Shown here piece by piece: positions 9,265 through 20,179 of a stretch of 63,718 nucleotides of DNA (position 1 is its first letter; each line of letters opens with the position of its first letter). The position numbers and the translations under genes were made by a program. The notes below the pieces were generated by a model. That model searched no databases and was not told the DNA's origin. It saw nothing but the letters and a program-made list of their open reading frames with translations. This DNA is from an uncultured virus (IMG/VR IMGVR_UViG_3300029914_000006). Its lineage: Duplodnaviria; Heunggongvirae; Uroviricota; Caudoviricetes. The stretch lies in the IMG/VR virus record IMGVR_UViG_3300029914_000006; one strand, 5' to 3'.

Positions 9265-12200
9265 TGGCTCAGGATCCATGGGCAGTTGTCAGCACGACGC
9301 CAGCACCTCCGCCGACTGCCACTAAGCAGCCGCCGAGCGACCCTTGGGCAGTTGTCGATACGAAGCCGGCCGAAGCTCCCACTCCTCCTGTCGATCATCT
9401 CTCTACCGTCGAAGACAACCCCATCGACCCCAGCACCGGACAAGGCGAAGGCACCTACGCCATGCGCCGTGGCGACAAGACCTATCATGTCCCGTTCAGT
9501 AAGGTGCGCGGGTCTGGCATGGACTTCGCCAACAAGGATGACGCGCAGAAGTGGATCGACGACTTTCACGCGGCCCCATCGACCGTACACGAACCGTCGT
9601 GGTGGGAGAACGCGAAGGCAAACGCTCCTAAGCCCAACTGGAAGGACGCCAAAGATATCGTCAAGTCATTCCCTGGGTTCATGGGGGGATTGCTGTTCGG
9701 CGGCGGCACGGCAACTTCTGGAGTTCCGAATCCGGCAGACAAAGAAGTTCAAGATGTGGTGATGCAGGCCACTCAGGAGCAGGCCGCCAAGGGTGACAAG
9801 TACGCCAAGCAGGCCCTCGAAACGATAGAGTCGGCAGGCAAGGCGCGCTTGAACGTAACCGGAACGAAGGCTTTCCAGTCGCTATTTGATCCGAATAGCA
9901 AGAACTGGGGATCTCGTTTCGCCACTCACGCAGTCAAGGCCATCGAGAACCAGACAAGCATTGAGAACCTGTACACCCTCGCCACGATACCCCTCATGCC
10001 GGGCCAAATCGGCAAGGCGGTTGGCATGTCGTATCAGGGGCAGTTGATCTCTAGTGGTGTTTCTGGCGTGGCCGATGCGTCGGCGTCTTCGGCAACAGGA
10101 GAAGGTGACTCTGCGGAGAAGTGGGGCGATCTGTTCGGCAACGCTCTTGTCGTTGTAGGGATGCACTACGGGCACGCCGGGTCGGAAGCCGTCAAGGACC
10201 GCGTTCGCACCTGGGACTTCAATAAGCCTTCGGAAGACCTCTACAAGAAGCCGTTCGTAAAGTTGACCGATGAGCAGAAGGCAGATGTTCTGTATCGGTC
10301 GATGGAAGATGCCGATCCTGAATTCAAGAAGAAGGTGGATGCGGAAGTCAAGCGTATCAGGGCCAAGTATGGCAAGTCTCCGCTAGGCGAGAAGGTAAAG
10401 AAGAATACCGCCGGAGGGATAGAAATATCCCCAGATGAATCACCAGTAGATGCTGGACTCGGGACTCGCGTCACCGCGGAACGCCTTGAAGCAGCAAAGG
10501 CTCTTGTTCGGAAAACCCTTGTCGCCAAGGCGCGCCGCGCCGCCGCACAGCACGAAGCCATGCAGCGCGAGTCTGCCGCTCGGAAGGCCGCCGAAGACAA
10601 GGTGACTGCCTCCAAGGTACAGGGCGAGAAGGACCGCGCCGAGGCCGCCAAACAAGCCGCGGTAGAGGCTCCGGCAGTTCCCGTTGAAGAGGGTCGGTCG
10701 GGACAGACTACACGCGGTCTCAAGCAGACCACCGAGCGCGAACCCGGCCAGCGGTATGAGCCAGAGACGGCAGAGTCAACCGCCATTCCCGTAGTCGAGC
10801 GCCGCACTGCCGCCGGGGAGCCATTGCCTGCCCCAGCCCCGGAAGTTGCCGCCGCCGAGTCCAAGGTTCAGGAACTCACAGAAGATCGATTCAAGACCTC
10901 GTTCTCGATGCTTCCCCTCTCCCGGCAGACCGTCGCCGCGCGCTGGCTTGAGCGGTTCCATCCCGAAGCATGGCAGGCGTTCCGCGATACCCCCGCCTAT
11001 CAGGATCATGCCGACCGCGTGCGAGATGCAGCGATGGTCGATGCAGCGTCGAAGCGTTATCTGGAACGGCACTCTACCGGCAATGAGCAGCCATTGGCGC
11101 CCGGCGCGGACTTCCACTCTGGCCTGGCCAAGCTCATCATTGCTCGGACAAACATGGACTCCGCTCTCCAGGCAGACCCGGCCACGCACCGCGATCTGAA
11201 CGAACACACCGAGAAGTCCATGGGCAAGTCATGGGACTCGCTGGCGCCAGAAGACCGCAGCGCGGTGCTGGCCGACTACCTACGCGCCAAACCGGAGAAG
11301 TTGAAGGCATTCCTGACTCCAGACCTTTCGGAGCGCATTGCCTCTGGACAGCACATCGACCTCGCAAACATCGAGGACCAGTTGCGGAGCCGGCAGCAAG
11401 CCCAGATGCTGATGGAGTACCGCGACCAGATCCAGCGGGACATGGAAACTGATCTGGCTACCAATATGGCGGCTGACGCCGCAGCGAAGCACAGGGCAGA
11501 ACTGACAGGCTTGATGACTGAGGCGCAGTCGCCGGAGGGTCCGCAGAACCTTCGCCCGATTGTCGAGGCCACCGCCGGCTTGACTCAGGATGCCCGCGAC
11601 CTGGGCCTTGGTCCCGTTGACAGCATGGACGACCTGTTCAAAATCGAGAAGACCGTAAAGGACACACGCAACGATCTTCGCACGCCGAAGATGCGGGATT
11701 TTATTGGACGGATGCAGCGTGTCCGCGCCGCCGCATCTGAGCATGTTGCCCGGAAGATTGCCGACGACACCGCCGCGTCCTTCCATGTGGATATCGAGGG
11801 AGCGCGCGAGAAAGCCGCAAAGCAGGTGATCGAGTTTACCGATCAGGCGCACGACCTGCAAAACGCGGCAGAGAATTTAAGGGCTGGGGGAAACACGGCG
11901 CAAGCCGAAGCTGCTCAAGCAGCAGCAGATGAATCACAAAAGAAGGCGGATGCAGTGGTGGCTGGCGCTCAGTCGGTTATCAATCCGCCACCCCCTCCAC
12001 CAGCGGCCACCCCGGCGTACCCAATGTCGATCGGCGGCGCTACCCGTGTTGTGTCGCCTCAGAACAGGGAAGGTATCCCGTCACACTATGTTGTGATGGA
12101 GGCCACAGACGCGCAGACTTCGCACATGCCGATGACCTATGAGTACCGGGATGGATACAACCAGAATGGGCAACCGCGCGATTACAAGAGCGATAAGCAG

Positions 12201-15200
12201 GCTCAGACTGGCGTGGAGGAACGTGTCTCCAATCTCGATCTCGACCAGGTTCTCAGCAATGGCGTGACGACAATGGAGGGTCCTGGCATCATCGACCAGA
12301 GCGGCCACGTCATTTCCGGCAACGGGCGCACGCTCTCGATCCTGACCGCTCTCATCAAGAACCCCAAGGAATACGCGCGCTACCGCGATGAACTGTTGCG
12401 CCGCGCGCAGTCGCTCGGGATCGACCCAGCCGAGATTGAAAAGTACCGGAACCCTATCCTGATGAAGCGCATCGATGCGCCGGTAGACGAACACCAGTGG
12501 TCGATGCTTGGTCTGGACCTCAACCGCCCCCCTGCCTACGGAATCAATGAAGTGGAAATGGGCGCGGCTATGTCGCGGCTGCTCACGACGGACTACCTCG
12601 ACCGCCTGGATAACATCGTCAGCTCAATGCCCAGCACCGAAGTAGACAAGAAGACAGGCAAGACCCGCACACTCACAGCGCGGCAGGCGATGCGCGCGCG
12701 CTCCGCCGATATCGCTCAGTTGATGGTGGATTCCGGCATCATTGCGCCGAACCAATTGGCCGAGTACGTGATCCAGACAGGAGACGACAAGGGCGATCTG
12801 ACGGATAAGGCCAAGAGCCTTTTCGAGAACATGCTGGTCGGCCTCACAGTCAGCGACCCCACCTCACTCGAAGGGATCAGCCCGTCCACGAAGAACAGCC
12901 TGACGCGCGCCGGAATCTTCTTCGTCAAGATGCGGAACGCCGGGGAGAACTGGAATCTGGCGTCGATGAACTCCGACGCAGTGCGCATGTTGACCCGACT
13001 GGAAGACGCCGCGGCATCGTTGCATCATTTGCAGGGCAAGCCGGGAGAAGTCTCAAAGGGCTCCGGCAGGGATTCGCTGATCGAGAAGGGCCTGCACCCG
13101 GAGCGATACCAAGGGAAGAAGGATACTGGAGTCCAAGGTGACTTGGATATCACAGACTTCGATGGCCAGTCGCTCCACAAGCCAGTTCATGCCGGAGTTG
13201 AGGCGCTTGCCATGGCGCTCGAAGAGTCGCCGGCCAAGTACACCGAGATGCTGGCGAAATACGCCGACCGCGCTACTGGCGTCCAGGCTTCGATGTTTGG
13301 CGCGGAGCACCCGGCAGACGTATTCACCGACGAGATCGCTTCGAAGTACGGGTTGAACGTTATCCCCGAAGAGTGGGGTTCTGTTGCTGGCCTGTCCGAC
13401 GCCATGAAGACTGTTATTGAGGACGCGCGCGGCGAGTTGCCGGTTGAGGTTCCAGTCTCACATGAGACCGTGATAGCCGACACCGCGCCGGATTCGTCCA
13501 GCGTGGAAGTGGCATTGCCAGAGGGACCGCGCACCGTGCAGGACCTGCGCCGTGCGCTGGAGAGTCACCCGAACCTCTCCCCCGAAGAAGCGGCGGCGGT
13601 CGGCGACATGATGGAGCATATCTTGCCGCAGGCTCTTGGGATGAAGCTCGAAGAGTTGCTAGGCAATCGGCGTCTCACTATCGCTTTCGGCGGCAAGGAG
13701 AAGGGCGGCCAGCGCGGCTACACGCAGATTTTGGAAGATGGGCGGGCGATTATTCGCCTTTGCGACACTGCCGATACTTCCACCTTCATTCATGAGATGG
13801 CGCATTATGTTCGCCAATACCTCAGCCCGGCAGATCAGAGCGTGGCCAATGCTTTTGTCGGCGCAAAGCCAGGAGAAGAGTGGACGGAAAAACAGGAAGA
13901 GTTGTTTGCCCAGGCTTTTGAGCGGTATCACTACGATGGCGGCATTCGGCGCGGCAAACTGGAGAAGGTTTTCGCAACCCTCTCGCGTTCGATGCAGTCG
14001 GTCTACAATGCGGTCACCGGCAAGAAGTTGGCGCAAGGGTCCCCGGAACTCAAGGCCATGTTTGACAACTGGTACGACTGGACCCGCACCGAGCGCAAAC
14101 CACTCACTACCCGTCTGGACGTGGACGCGATCGAGAAGATGGGCAAGCAGGCCATGGATACCGGCAGCGTCGAGGTTCCGCGTGATGCCAAGGTGATCCG
14201 CTCCGGCCCGAAGCCAGGAGATAACTCGAAGGTAATCCACAAGCAGAACATGGCCGACGCTTTGGACGTGATCGAGGAGCGTGGTGCCGACATCAAGGGA
14301 TGGGAGATCCTGCAAGTCCGCGGTGAGCAGCAAGTCTACCTCCGCATTCAGATGAAGCGCGGCAAGAAACTGTTCCAGCCGAGCCTGAGCGAGATGGTCG
14401 ATCTGTCCCGCCGGGCGAAGTCTCTTGAGGATGAACTGAAGCGAGAGCAAGATCCCCGCCGCCAGGCTCTCTTGCGCGGCCAATTGAACGGCATTGAGGA
14501 CAAACTCCGCGGCGCAACAGGCATTATAGGGTCGAAGCCTGAACCGAAGGATACCAGCGTCATCCAACTCGTCCACGGACTGAGCGAGATGCCGACGCAG
14601 AACGAACCAACCACGCCAGCACAGGCCGCGACCGTCCAGCAGGTGATGGGCGACCCCACGGCGATTGCACTGGGAGGGGAAAATGCACGATCGAGAAGCG
14701 TATCTCATGGAACTTCTGGGGTTCGAGAACCGGGCGATGCTGGAGAAGTTCATGGCGGAGCCGGATCGGCCGACAGGGAACATGCGGCCCCCGGCGGTTC
14801 ACGAACTTCCGGACGAGGGGCCATTGCCAAACCGGCAGCAGACCCCCTCGCAAAAGTAAAGGCGGCAAAGCTCCAATCGCCGGAGCGACCACGCGGCACG
14901 CCGGTCGTCGATCCTGACAAGTGGCGTGGTCATGTGGAGGACCTTGGCTTGCCGAAGGGAACACCGCCGCCGACACAGCGCCTTGCTACCGACCTGCGCG
15001 ACTTGCTCATCTTCCCTGGGCAGCCGGAAGTTGCCGATGGCGTTATTTCGGCGTTGCAGCAGTACGACGCGACGATTCTTGCTAGCGGTGCGGGTACTGG
15101 AAAAACCTTTTTAGGATCAGCACTTTGCAGCCACCTTCTCGGAACGAGTGGCGACAAGGTTGGATTGTGGGTAACGCGCAGCCAAAACCTTATTCACGAA

Positions 15201-18200
15201 GCAGACGGACTCAAAGACGTTGCCCGGCGCTTTGGCGTGGACGTGAACGACCTCCCAAGCAATATGGAAGAGATGCAGACCGGCATGTACGCAGCGACCT
15301 ACGCAGGCATTCGCGGCAACCGCAGCGTCTTGTCAGTTCCATGGGACTTTGTTCTCTTTGATGAGAGTTCCGAGGCGCGCAAGTGGACGGATTCCGAGCA
15401 GGGTAAGGCTGTCATTATGCTGGGACACGCGGCGAAGAAGGTGATCTATTCGAGCGCCACGCCGTACAGCACCACTCTCGAAATCGGCTACATGCACAAG
15501 TTGGGACTCTGGCCGCATGGAGGGTTCACGGGATGGGCAAGCCAGTTTGGTCTGGTGGAGAGCGGTCCGAACAGCTACAGCGGCGGTTCCGCGCCGCGCA
15601 AGTTGGAGAAGTTGCGGCAGCAGCTTATCGAACGCGGGCAGTGGCAGCAACTTCACAAGGACATGGAAGGCACCGAGGCCCACGTCGTACTTGTTCCGCA
15701 GACTGAAGAGGTTCGCGCCGGGGTGCGCAGCATCCGCAAGGCGTTCACGATGGCGCGTGCCGCCTTCCAGCGCAACAAGATGTCGAGTCTGATCAAGGCT
15801 GCGGCCGGCCACGAGGCGATCTACCTGAAACGCTACCTTGAGGCGGCCAAGTTGCCACATGCGATCGAACTGGCGGCGAAGGCGATCAAGGATGGGTGGA
15901 GCCCGGTTCTCTTCACTGAGTACCGTTCTGCCGCGGAAGAAGGGATGGACTTCATCAACCGTCTGCCGGGCGACCTGGGCAAGCAGATCAATGCAATGCT
16001 CCCGCCATTGCCGGATATGGTGAAGGCGATGCGCGCGCAATTCGGCGACAAGATCGGCATCTTCGCCGGGGACGCGAACCAGTTGCGCGCTGAAGAGTTG
16101 GAAGGCTTCCAGAGCGGCGAGAAGGATGCGCTGTATGCGACCTATGCCGCTGGCGGCGTCGGCGCCAGCGCGCACGACAAGGTGGGCAACAAGCCGCGCA
16201 TGGGTATCTTCATCACTCCGCCGTGGAGTTCGATCATGCTGGAGCAGGCTACGAGCCGCACTGACCGCTATGGGCGCCAGTCGGGAGTTGCCAATATCTT
16301 CCTGACCACCGATGCCCTGCCGGAGATCAAGCTCTTGGGGACCAAGGTTCTGCCGCGCATGAGGGCACTCAAGGCGGCCGTCTATGGCGAACGCAACGAA
16401 ACCCAGTTGTCGAAGAACCTGCGCGAGGCGGCAGGCATCCCAGAAGAGATGCTTGAGTACGACCAGGGTAACGAATACGCCCCCGAAGCGGCAGACTTCG
16501 AGCGCACGACGGACGAGGCGAAGTTCACTCCGATCAGCGAGTTCGAGATCCCCGACGCTAAGAAGGCTATGCACCAGCCCATGAAGTACAAGGGGCAGGG
16601 CAAGAAACTCTATCAGGGGCCGAAGGATGAAGACCCCGAAGCGCACCTGAATTCTCTCGCTCAGTCTGCGTGGGAAGACATGATGGGACGTACCAAGAGC
16701 CTGCCAGCGGAGCAGTCCCAAGCCATTGCCGCTCATCAAGGAGCGTTTCAGGCTGAAGCACAGCACGCCGGGCGCGCCGCTAAGGCCGCCGGGGAGAATC
16801 CGAAGGAAGCCATCGACCGCCGGACCCGCGACCTTGAGAACGACGCTCTTCTATGGTTCGACGGCATGAAGGGCACTGGTCGCTCCGCCGCGCACCTCGT
16901 CAAGTCGAGCCTCTGGATGTTCGGAATGTCTGGTGACCGAGCCGTAGAGCAGATTTGCAGGGATGCTGGCCACGAAAAGATGGGTATGGAACTGAAGCGC
17001 CGCCTGATCGACTATGACATCCGATCTGGGAACTACCGAGGAGAGTTCGGCGGCATGGTCGAGGAGATTATCTCCAAGAACAAACTCACCCCGAATGATC
17101 TGAGGACGGTTTCCAAGGTGGTCGAGGGACAAGAGACAACGACCGACCCGCGTATCGATAAAGCCGTCACTGAATTCCGTAAGTTCACGGCTACCGTGCG
17201 CAAACGCCTGGCCGATGCCGGGATGGCCGTTGTTTTCTATGACGAGAAGGGCAAGCGTAGCGATGTGCCATACTCGAAGATCGCCGATGACCCGCGTTAC
17301 TGGCCGCGCATCTACAACTGGGAAGAGAAGTTCATCATCACGGACGCCAAAGGCGACAAGGTAGTTGCCTCTTTGGGTGACATCATGAGGATGCCCAAGG
17401 GCGATGAGCGCCGCGAAGCTCTGATCGAGAAGGTGGCCGAGCAGAAGGGTATTTCCAAGATCAAGGCGCAACTGTTCTTCGACAAGAACGCGCGCGGCAT
17501 TCGCCTCGCAGGCAACGTGGAGCGTGCCCGCGAGTTCGAGATCCCGATGTATGGCCGCGACCGCAAGGTTCTTGATCGCTACGTCAATGAAATCTCAGAG
17601 AAGTTGGCCTCCGCCGAAGTCCATGGACAGTTCCGCGAGAAGACAGACCCGCTGATCGACGCCTTGCCGGACAGCCGCACCCGCTCGATGGTGAACCATA
17701 TCATCACCTCCGACTTGGACCCGGCCCGGCTGCATGACTCGGACCGCATTGCCCTGCGCTGGGCGAACCGCTGGCTGATTCTGAGCAAGATGCACCTGAG
17801 CCCCATCAAACTCCCGCTTCACCTTGCCAAGACGGTATTGGCGACCAACACGCGCAGCCTGGCGGAGTCGTTCATTCGCTCTGCGATCAATCCGCGTGAG
17901 ATGCGCAAGAACGCGGTAGACTGTGGCGCCATGGTCAACTACATCAAGCAGGCTTGGATGCGGGAATACGGAATGAATGGCGGAGGGTGGGACCAGAAGA
18001 TGCTGGACTACAACGGTTTCACCGCCATCATGAACTGGAGCCGCGTGGTTGCGTCCGGGGCTGGCCGTCTGTGGTTTGAGAAGTACGCCTACCCGGAACT
18101 GGTCAAGGACCCCAAGAGCGCCGTACTGCGCCGCAAGCTCACCGACCTTTACGGATTCACTGACGAGCAAATGGACAACATGGCGACCAAGGGCTATGGA

Positions 18201-18983
18201 CCAGAGGACGTGCGCCGCATGGAACTGGCTGCGGCAAACTGGACCACCGGGAGCGGCAGGCCCTCCGAACTCCCCATGGCCGCGCGCAATCAGTTGAGTG
18301 ACCCTCCGATATTCCAGCGCCTGACGACCCTGATGCGCATTGCGCAGTCGCTTCACGGCTTCATGTTCAAGACGGCCAACCTCGTCAACCGGACGGTGTG
18401 GCAGGAACTCTACAAGTCCGATTACAAGAGCGCCGAGCCGTACAAACTGATCGGCAGGTTCAGCGCGAGCTTCGGCCTGGCCGGGTATGCGCTCTCGGAA
18501 CTGCTCCACCTGCGTCACCAGATGTCGGGATCTCCGGAAGCGGCCATGGAAGACCGGAAGAAGAAGTGGCTGGAAGAGCATCCCGTCTCGAAGGAAGCAC
18601 TCTTCAACGCGCTGCACTATATTTCGATGGGTATGGGCGTCGAGACTCTGACGCAACTCTTCAACGAACTGGCCACGCATGACCCCAAGGACGCGCAGAA
18701 GTTGGTCCAGCAGAGCCGCGTAACGAACTCGATGGTGCAGATTGTCGTAGGAGTAGCCGTTACGGATGCTTATAATGCGGTGAAGGCTGCCGGAGAGGTA
18801 GGGGCTACCTATATGGATACTGGCCACCACAAGCAGACCCCAGAAGAGCGCCGTGCGAACATCGTCAAGCAGACGGTGAACGAGGAAGTTCCAATCAGCC
18901 GCTACGTTCCCGGCCTGAAGCCGAAGAAGGTGGCACCGTCCTTCCCTGGGCGCAGGCATCGCATGACGAGCGTTCTGCAATAA
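9264..18983 (+). CDS. Giant polyvalent internal virion protein (3239 aa): ParB-like domain, zincin metallopeptidase motif, strawberry-notch-type SF2 helicase, helical C-terminal domain
   Basis: QPRDY...GPGIIDQSGHVISGNGRT (ParB-like), FIHEMAH (HExxH), ASGAGTGKT Walker A, FDESSE Walker B, YSSATP, AGGVGASAHD, EQATSRTDRYG (Sno-like helicase C). Confidence 0.8.
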   Translation: MAQDPWAVVSTTPAPPPTATKQPPSDPWAVVDTKPAEAPTPPVDHLSTVEDNPIDPSTGQGEGTYAMRRGDKTYHVPFSKVRGSGMDFANKDDAQKWIDDFHAAPSTVHEPSWWENAKANAPKPNWKDAKDIVKSFPGFMGGLLFGGGTATSGVPNPADKEVQDVVMQATQEQAAKGDKYAKQALETIESAGKARLNVTGTKAFQSLFDPNSKNWGSRFATHAVKAIENQTSIENLYTLATIPLMPGQIGKAVGMSYQGQLISSGVSGVADASASSATGEGDSAEKWGDLFGNALVVVGMHYGHAGSEAVKDRVRTWDFNKPSEDLYKKPFVKLTDEQKADVLYRSMEDADPEFKKKVDAEVKRIRAKYGKSPLGEKVKKNTAGGIEISPDESPVDAGLGTRVTAERLEAAKALVRKTLVAKARRAAAQHEAMQRESAARKAAEDKVTASKVQGEKDRAEAAKQAAVEAPAVPVEEGRSGQTTRGLKQTTEREPGQRYEPETAESTAIPVVERRTAAGEPLPAPAPEVAAAESKVQELTEDRFKTSFSMLPLSRQTVAARWLERFHPEAWQAFRDTPAYQDHADRVRDAAMVDAASKRYLERHSTGNEQPLAPGADFHSGLAKLIIARTNMDSALQADPATHRDLNEHTEKSMGKSWDSLAPEDRSAVLADYLRAKPEKLKAFLTPDLSERIASGQHIDLANIEDQLRSRQQAQMLMEYRDQIQRDMETDLATNMAADAAAKHRAELTGLMTEAQSPEGPQNLRPIVEATAGLTQDARDLGLGPVDSMDDLFKIEKTVKDTRNDLRTPKMRDFIGRMQRVRAAASEHVARKIADDTAASFHVDIEGAREKAAKQVIEFTDQAHDLQNAAENLRAGGNTAQAEAAQAAADESQKKADAVVAGAQSVINPPPPPPAATPAYPMSIGGATRVVSPQNREGIPSHYVVMEATDAQTSHMPMTYEYRDGYNQNGQPRDYKSDKQAQTGVEERVSNLDLDQVLSNGVTTMEGPGIIDQSGHVISGNGRTLSILTALIKNPKEYARYRDELLRRAQSLGIDPAEIEKYRNPILMKRIDAPVDEHQWSMLGLDLNRPPAYGINEVEMGAAMSRLLTTDYLDRLDNIVSSMPSTEVDKKTGKTRTLTARQAMRARSADIAQLMVDSGIIAPNQLAEYVIQTGDDKGDLTDKAKSLFENMLVGLTVSDPTSLEGISPSTKNSLTRAGIFFVKMRNAGENWNLASMNSDAVRMLTRLEDAAASLHHLQGKPGEVSKGSGRDSLIEKGLHPERYQGKKDTGVQGDLDITDFDGQSLHKPVHAGVEALAMALEESPAKYTEMLAKYADRATGVQASMFGAEHPADVFTDEIASKYGLNVIPEEWGSVAGLSDAMKTVIEDARGELPVEVPVSHETVIADTAPDSSSVEVALPEGPRTVQDLRRALESHPNLSPEEAAAVGDMMEHILPQALGMKLEELLGNRRLTIAFGGKEKGGQRGYTQILEDGRAIIRLCDTADTSTFIHEMAHYVRQYLSPADQSVANAFVGAKPGEEWTEKQEELFAQAFERYHYDGGIRRGKLEKVFATLSRSMQSVYNAVTGKKLAQGSPELKAMFDNWYDWTRTERKPLTTRLDVDAIEKMGKQAMDTGSVEVPRDAKVIRSGPKPGDNSKVIHKQNMADALDVIEERGADIKGWEILQVRGEQQVYLRIQMKRGKKLFQPSLSEMVDLSRRAKSLEDELKREQDPRRQALLRGQLNGIEDKLRGATGIIGSKPEPKDTSVIQLVHGLSEMPTQNEPTTPAQAATVQQVMGDPTAIALGGENARSRSVSHGTSGVREPGDAGEVHGGAGSADREHAAPGGSRTSGRGAIAKPAADPLAKVKAAKLQSPERPRGTPVVDPDKWRGHVEDLGLPKGTPPPTQRLATDLRDLLIFPGQPEVADGVISALQQYDATILASGAGTGKTFLGSALCSHLLGTSGDKVGLWVTRSQNLIHEADGLKDVARRFGVDVNDLPSNMEEMQTGMYAATYAGIRGNRSVLSVPWDFVLFDESSEARKWTDSEQGKAVIMLGHAAKKVIYSSATPYSTTLEIGYMHKLGLWPHGGFTGWASQFGLVESGPNSYSGGSAPRKLEKLRQQLIERGQWQQLHKDMEGTEAHVVLVPQTEEVRAGVRSIRKAFTMARAAFQRNKMSSLIKAAAGHEAIYLKRYLEAAKLPHAIELAAKAIKDGWSPVLFTEYRSAAEEGMDFINRLPGDLGKQINAMLPPLPDMVKAMRAQFGDKIGIFAGDANQLRAEELEGFQSGEKDALYATYAAGGVGASAHDKVGNKPRMGIFITPPWSSIMLEQATSRTDRYGRQSGVANIFLTTDALPEIKLLGTKVLPRMRALKAAVYGERNETQLSKNLREAAGIPEEMLEYDQGNEYAPEAADFERTTDEAKFTPISEFEIPDAKKAMHQPMKYKGQGKKLYQGPKDEDPEAHLNSLAQSAWEDMMGRTKSLPAEQSQAIAAHQGAFQAEAQHAGRAAKAAGENPKEAIDRRTRDLENDALLWFDGMKGTGRSAAHLVKSSLWMFGMSGDRAVEQICRDAGHEKMGMELKRRLIDYDIRSGNYRGEFGGMVEEIISKNKLTPNDLRTVSKVVEGQETTTDPRIDKAVTEFRKFTATVRKRLADAGMAVVFYDEKGKRSDVPYSKIADDPRYWPRIYNWEEKFIITDAKGDKVVASLGDIMRMPKGDERREALIEKVAEQKGISKIKAQLFFDKNARGIRLAGNVERAREFEIPMYGRDRKVLDRYVNEISEKLASAEVHGQFREKTDPLIDALPDSRTRSMVNHIITSDLDPARLHDSDRIALRWANRWLILSKMHLSPIKLPLHLAKTVLATNTRSLAESFIRSAINPREMRKNAVDCGAMVNYIKQAWMREYGMNGGGWDQKMLDYNGFTAIMNWSRVVASGAGRLWFEKYAYPELVKDPKSAVLRRKLTDLYGFTDEQMDNMATKGYGPEDVRRMELAAANWTTGSGRPSELPMAARNQLSDPPIFQRLTTLMRIAQSLHGFMFKTANLVNRTVWQELYKSDYKSAEPYKLIGRFSASFGLAGYALSELLHLRHQMSGSPEAAMEDRKKKWLEEHPVSKEALFNALHYISMGMGVETLTQLFNELATHDPKDAQKLVQQSRVTNSMVQIVVGVAVTDAYNAVKAAGEVGATYMDTGHHKQTPEERRANIVKQTVNEEVPISRYVPGLKPKKVAPSFPGRRHRMTSVLQ

Positions 18984-19010
18984 CTCTTGCATAAAAGGAG
19001 ATGTGGCGAT

Positions 19011-19268
19011 ATGCAGGTTTTCGTTGACAGTCGAACTTCCATCAGAGCCTCTCGAATCTCGAAGGTGGGCAAAGGCCCAGGGAGCTACATTTTTGAGGTG
19101 CAGGATAGGCCGGGAGCGGTGTATGCCTACACTTTTGAACAGGTGAAAGATGAACCGGAGCCGCGAGAAGGTATGTATTATGTGGTGCGTGGCCCTTACG
19201 ATTTCACTTTCATGACGGCGGAAGAGTTCGACAGCCGCTACATGCCGGAATTCTGTGAGGCGAGGTAG
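19011..19268 (+). CDS. Hypothetical protein
   Basis: AAGGAG upstream; ends FMTAEEFDSRY, a common phage small-protein motif. Confidence 0.55.
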   Translation: MQVFVDSRTSIRASRISKVGKGPGSYIFEVQDRPGAVYAYTFEQVKDEPEPREGMYYVVRGPYDFTFMTAEEFDSRYMPEFCEAR

Positions 19269-19342
19269 AATAGCTCACTCACCGGCGGGCGGGGGTGACC
19301 GAACCGTGAGCGCAACCCCCTGGCTTTAGACATGGGGAGCAG

Positions 19343-20179
19343 TCAGTCCTCGCTCGTCCAGTACCCCGACTTCTTCCTCGTCTTCGACTCGTACCGCTTC
19401 CCCCACCGCACCTTCTTCTTCGGCCTCGGCACCCATCCGGGCTTGTGCGTTCCCTTGTCCTTGCGCATCTTCGTGCGCTTTTTCCGTGGCGTGTCTCCCC
19501 ATTTGCGCTTCATCTCCGTCCACTTGAGGAGCAAGGCTACCTTTTTCTTCTGGCGCAGATCCCACGGCGTCAGTTCCCGCACAGTCCCCTCGTAGTCCTC
19601 CAGGCACTTGTAGACCGTCTCCGCGTCCCTGTAGGCCGTCCAGAAGGCCACGGCGCGCATGGTCCTGTCTGGCTCCTCCATGTGCGAGATGCGCATGATC
19701 TCCGCTTCGATCTTCTTGCTGTAGGCCGTGTATTTGGTTCTTCCAAGGACGGGATTCTTCTTGCACATCATGGCGAGCATGGTCTGCCGGTCGTAGCGCG
19801 TCACGCTGCGCTCGTCGTAGAGGGCCTGCTGGAAGGCGTACAGGGATGCTAGGGTTATCAGTTCGCCGAAGACCGGATCGTCGTAGACGGGGATGTTGTA
19901 GTGGATCGCGTAGGAGCGGAATGCAGCCGCCGACAACTGGAGGAAGGTCGCCACCTCCCCGGCAGGCAGCATAGGGCGCATCCGAAGGGGCACGAACATT
20001 GTGGACAGCCAAGCCATTGCCGCAGGGAGAGGCCGGGCGACGATGGTGGTCTCCAGAGTCTCGCCGGCGATCATAACGCGCAGGTAGCCCCGGTCGATCA
20101 GCGGCTGGATGCGGTCAGTCTCCACTCCAAGATCGGCGGCGATTTGCGCCACCGTGATCTGGTCAGGCGCTGGGACCAA
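19343..20179 (-). CDS. Putative DNA-binding protein with two HTH-like segments and basic C-terminus (start uncertain)
   Basis: VAQIAADLGVETDRIQPLIDRGYL and AGEVATFLQLSAAAF resemble MerR/excisionase HTH; frame open to 20368, TTG at 20179 chosen to limit overlap with upstream gene. Confidence 0.55.
   Translation of the reverse strand: MVPAPDQITVAQIAADLGVETDRIQPLIDRGYLRVMIAGETLETTIVARPLPAAMAWLSTMFVPLRMRPMLPAGEVATFLQLSAAAFRSYAIHYNIPVYDDPVFGELITLASLYAFQQALYDERSVTRYDRQTMLAMMCKKNPVLGRTKYTAYSKKIEAEIMRISHMEEPDRTMRAVAFWTAYRDAETVYKCLEDYEGTVRELTPWDLRQKKKVALLLKWTEMKRKWGDTPRKKRTKMRKDKGTHKPGWVPRPKKKVRWGKRYESKTRKKSGYWTSED

Noticed and set aside
13659..18992. Long antisense ORFs (13659-14783, 15333-16766, 17595-18992)
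   Set aside because: Shadow ORFs opposite the giant high-GC gene; no recognisable motifs
19285..19299. 15-bp match GCGGGCGGGGGTGAC with 55459-55473 (reverse)
   Set aside because: A single 15-bp GC-rich match is expected by chance in a sequence this size
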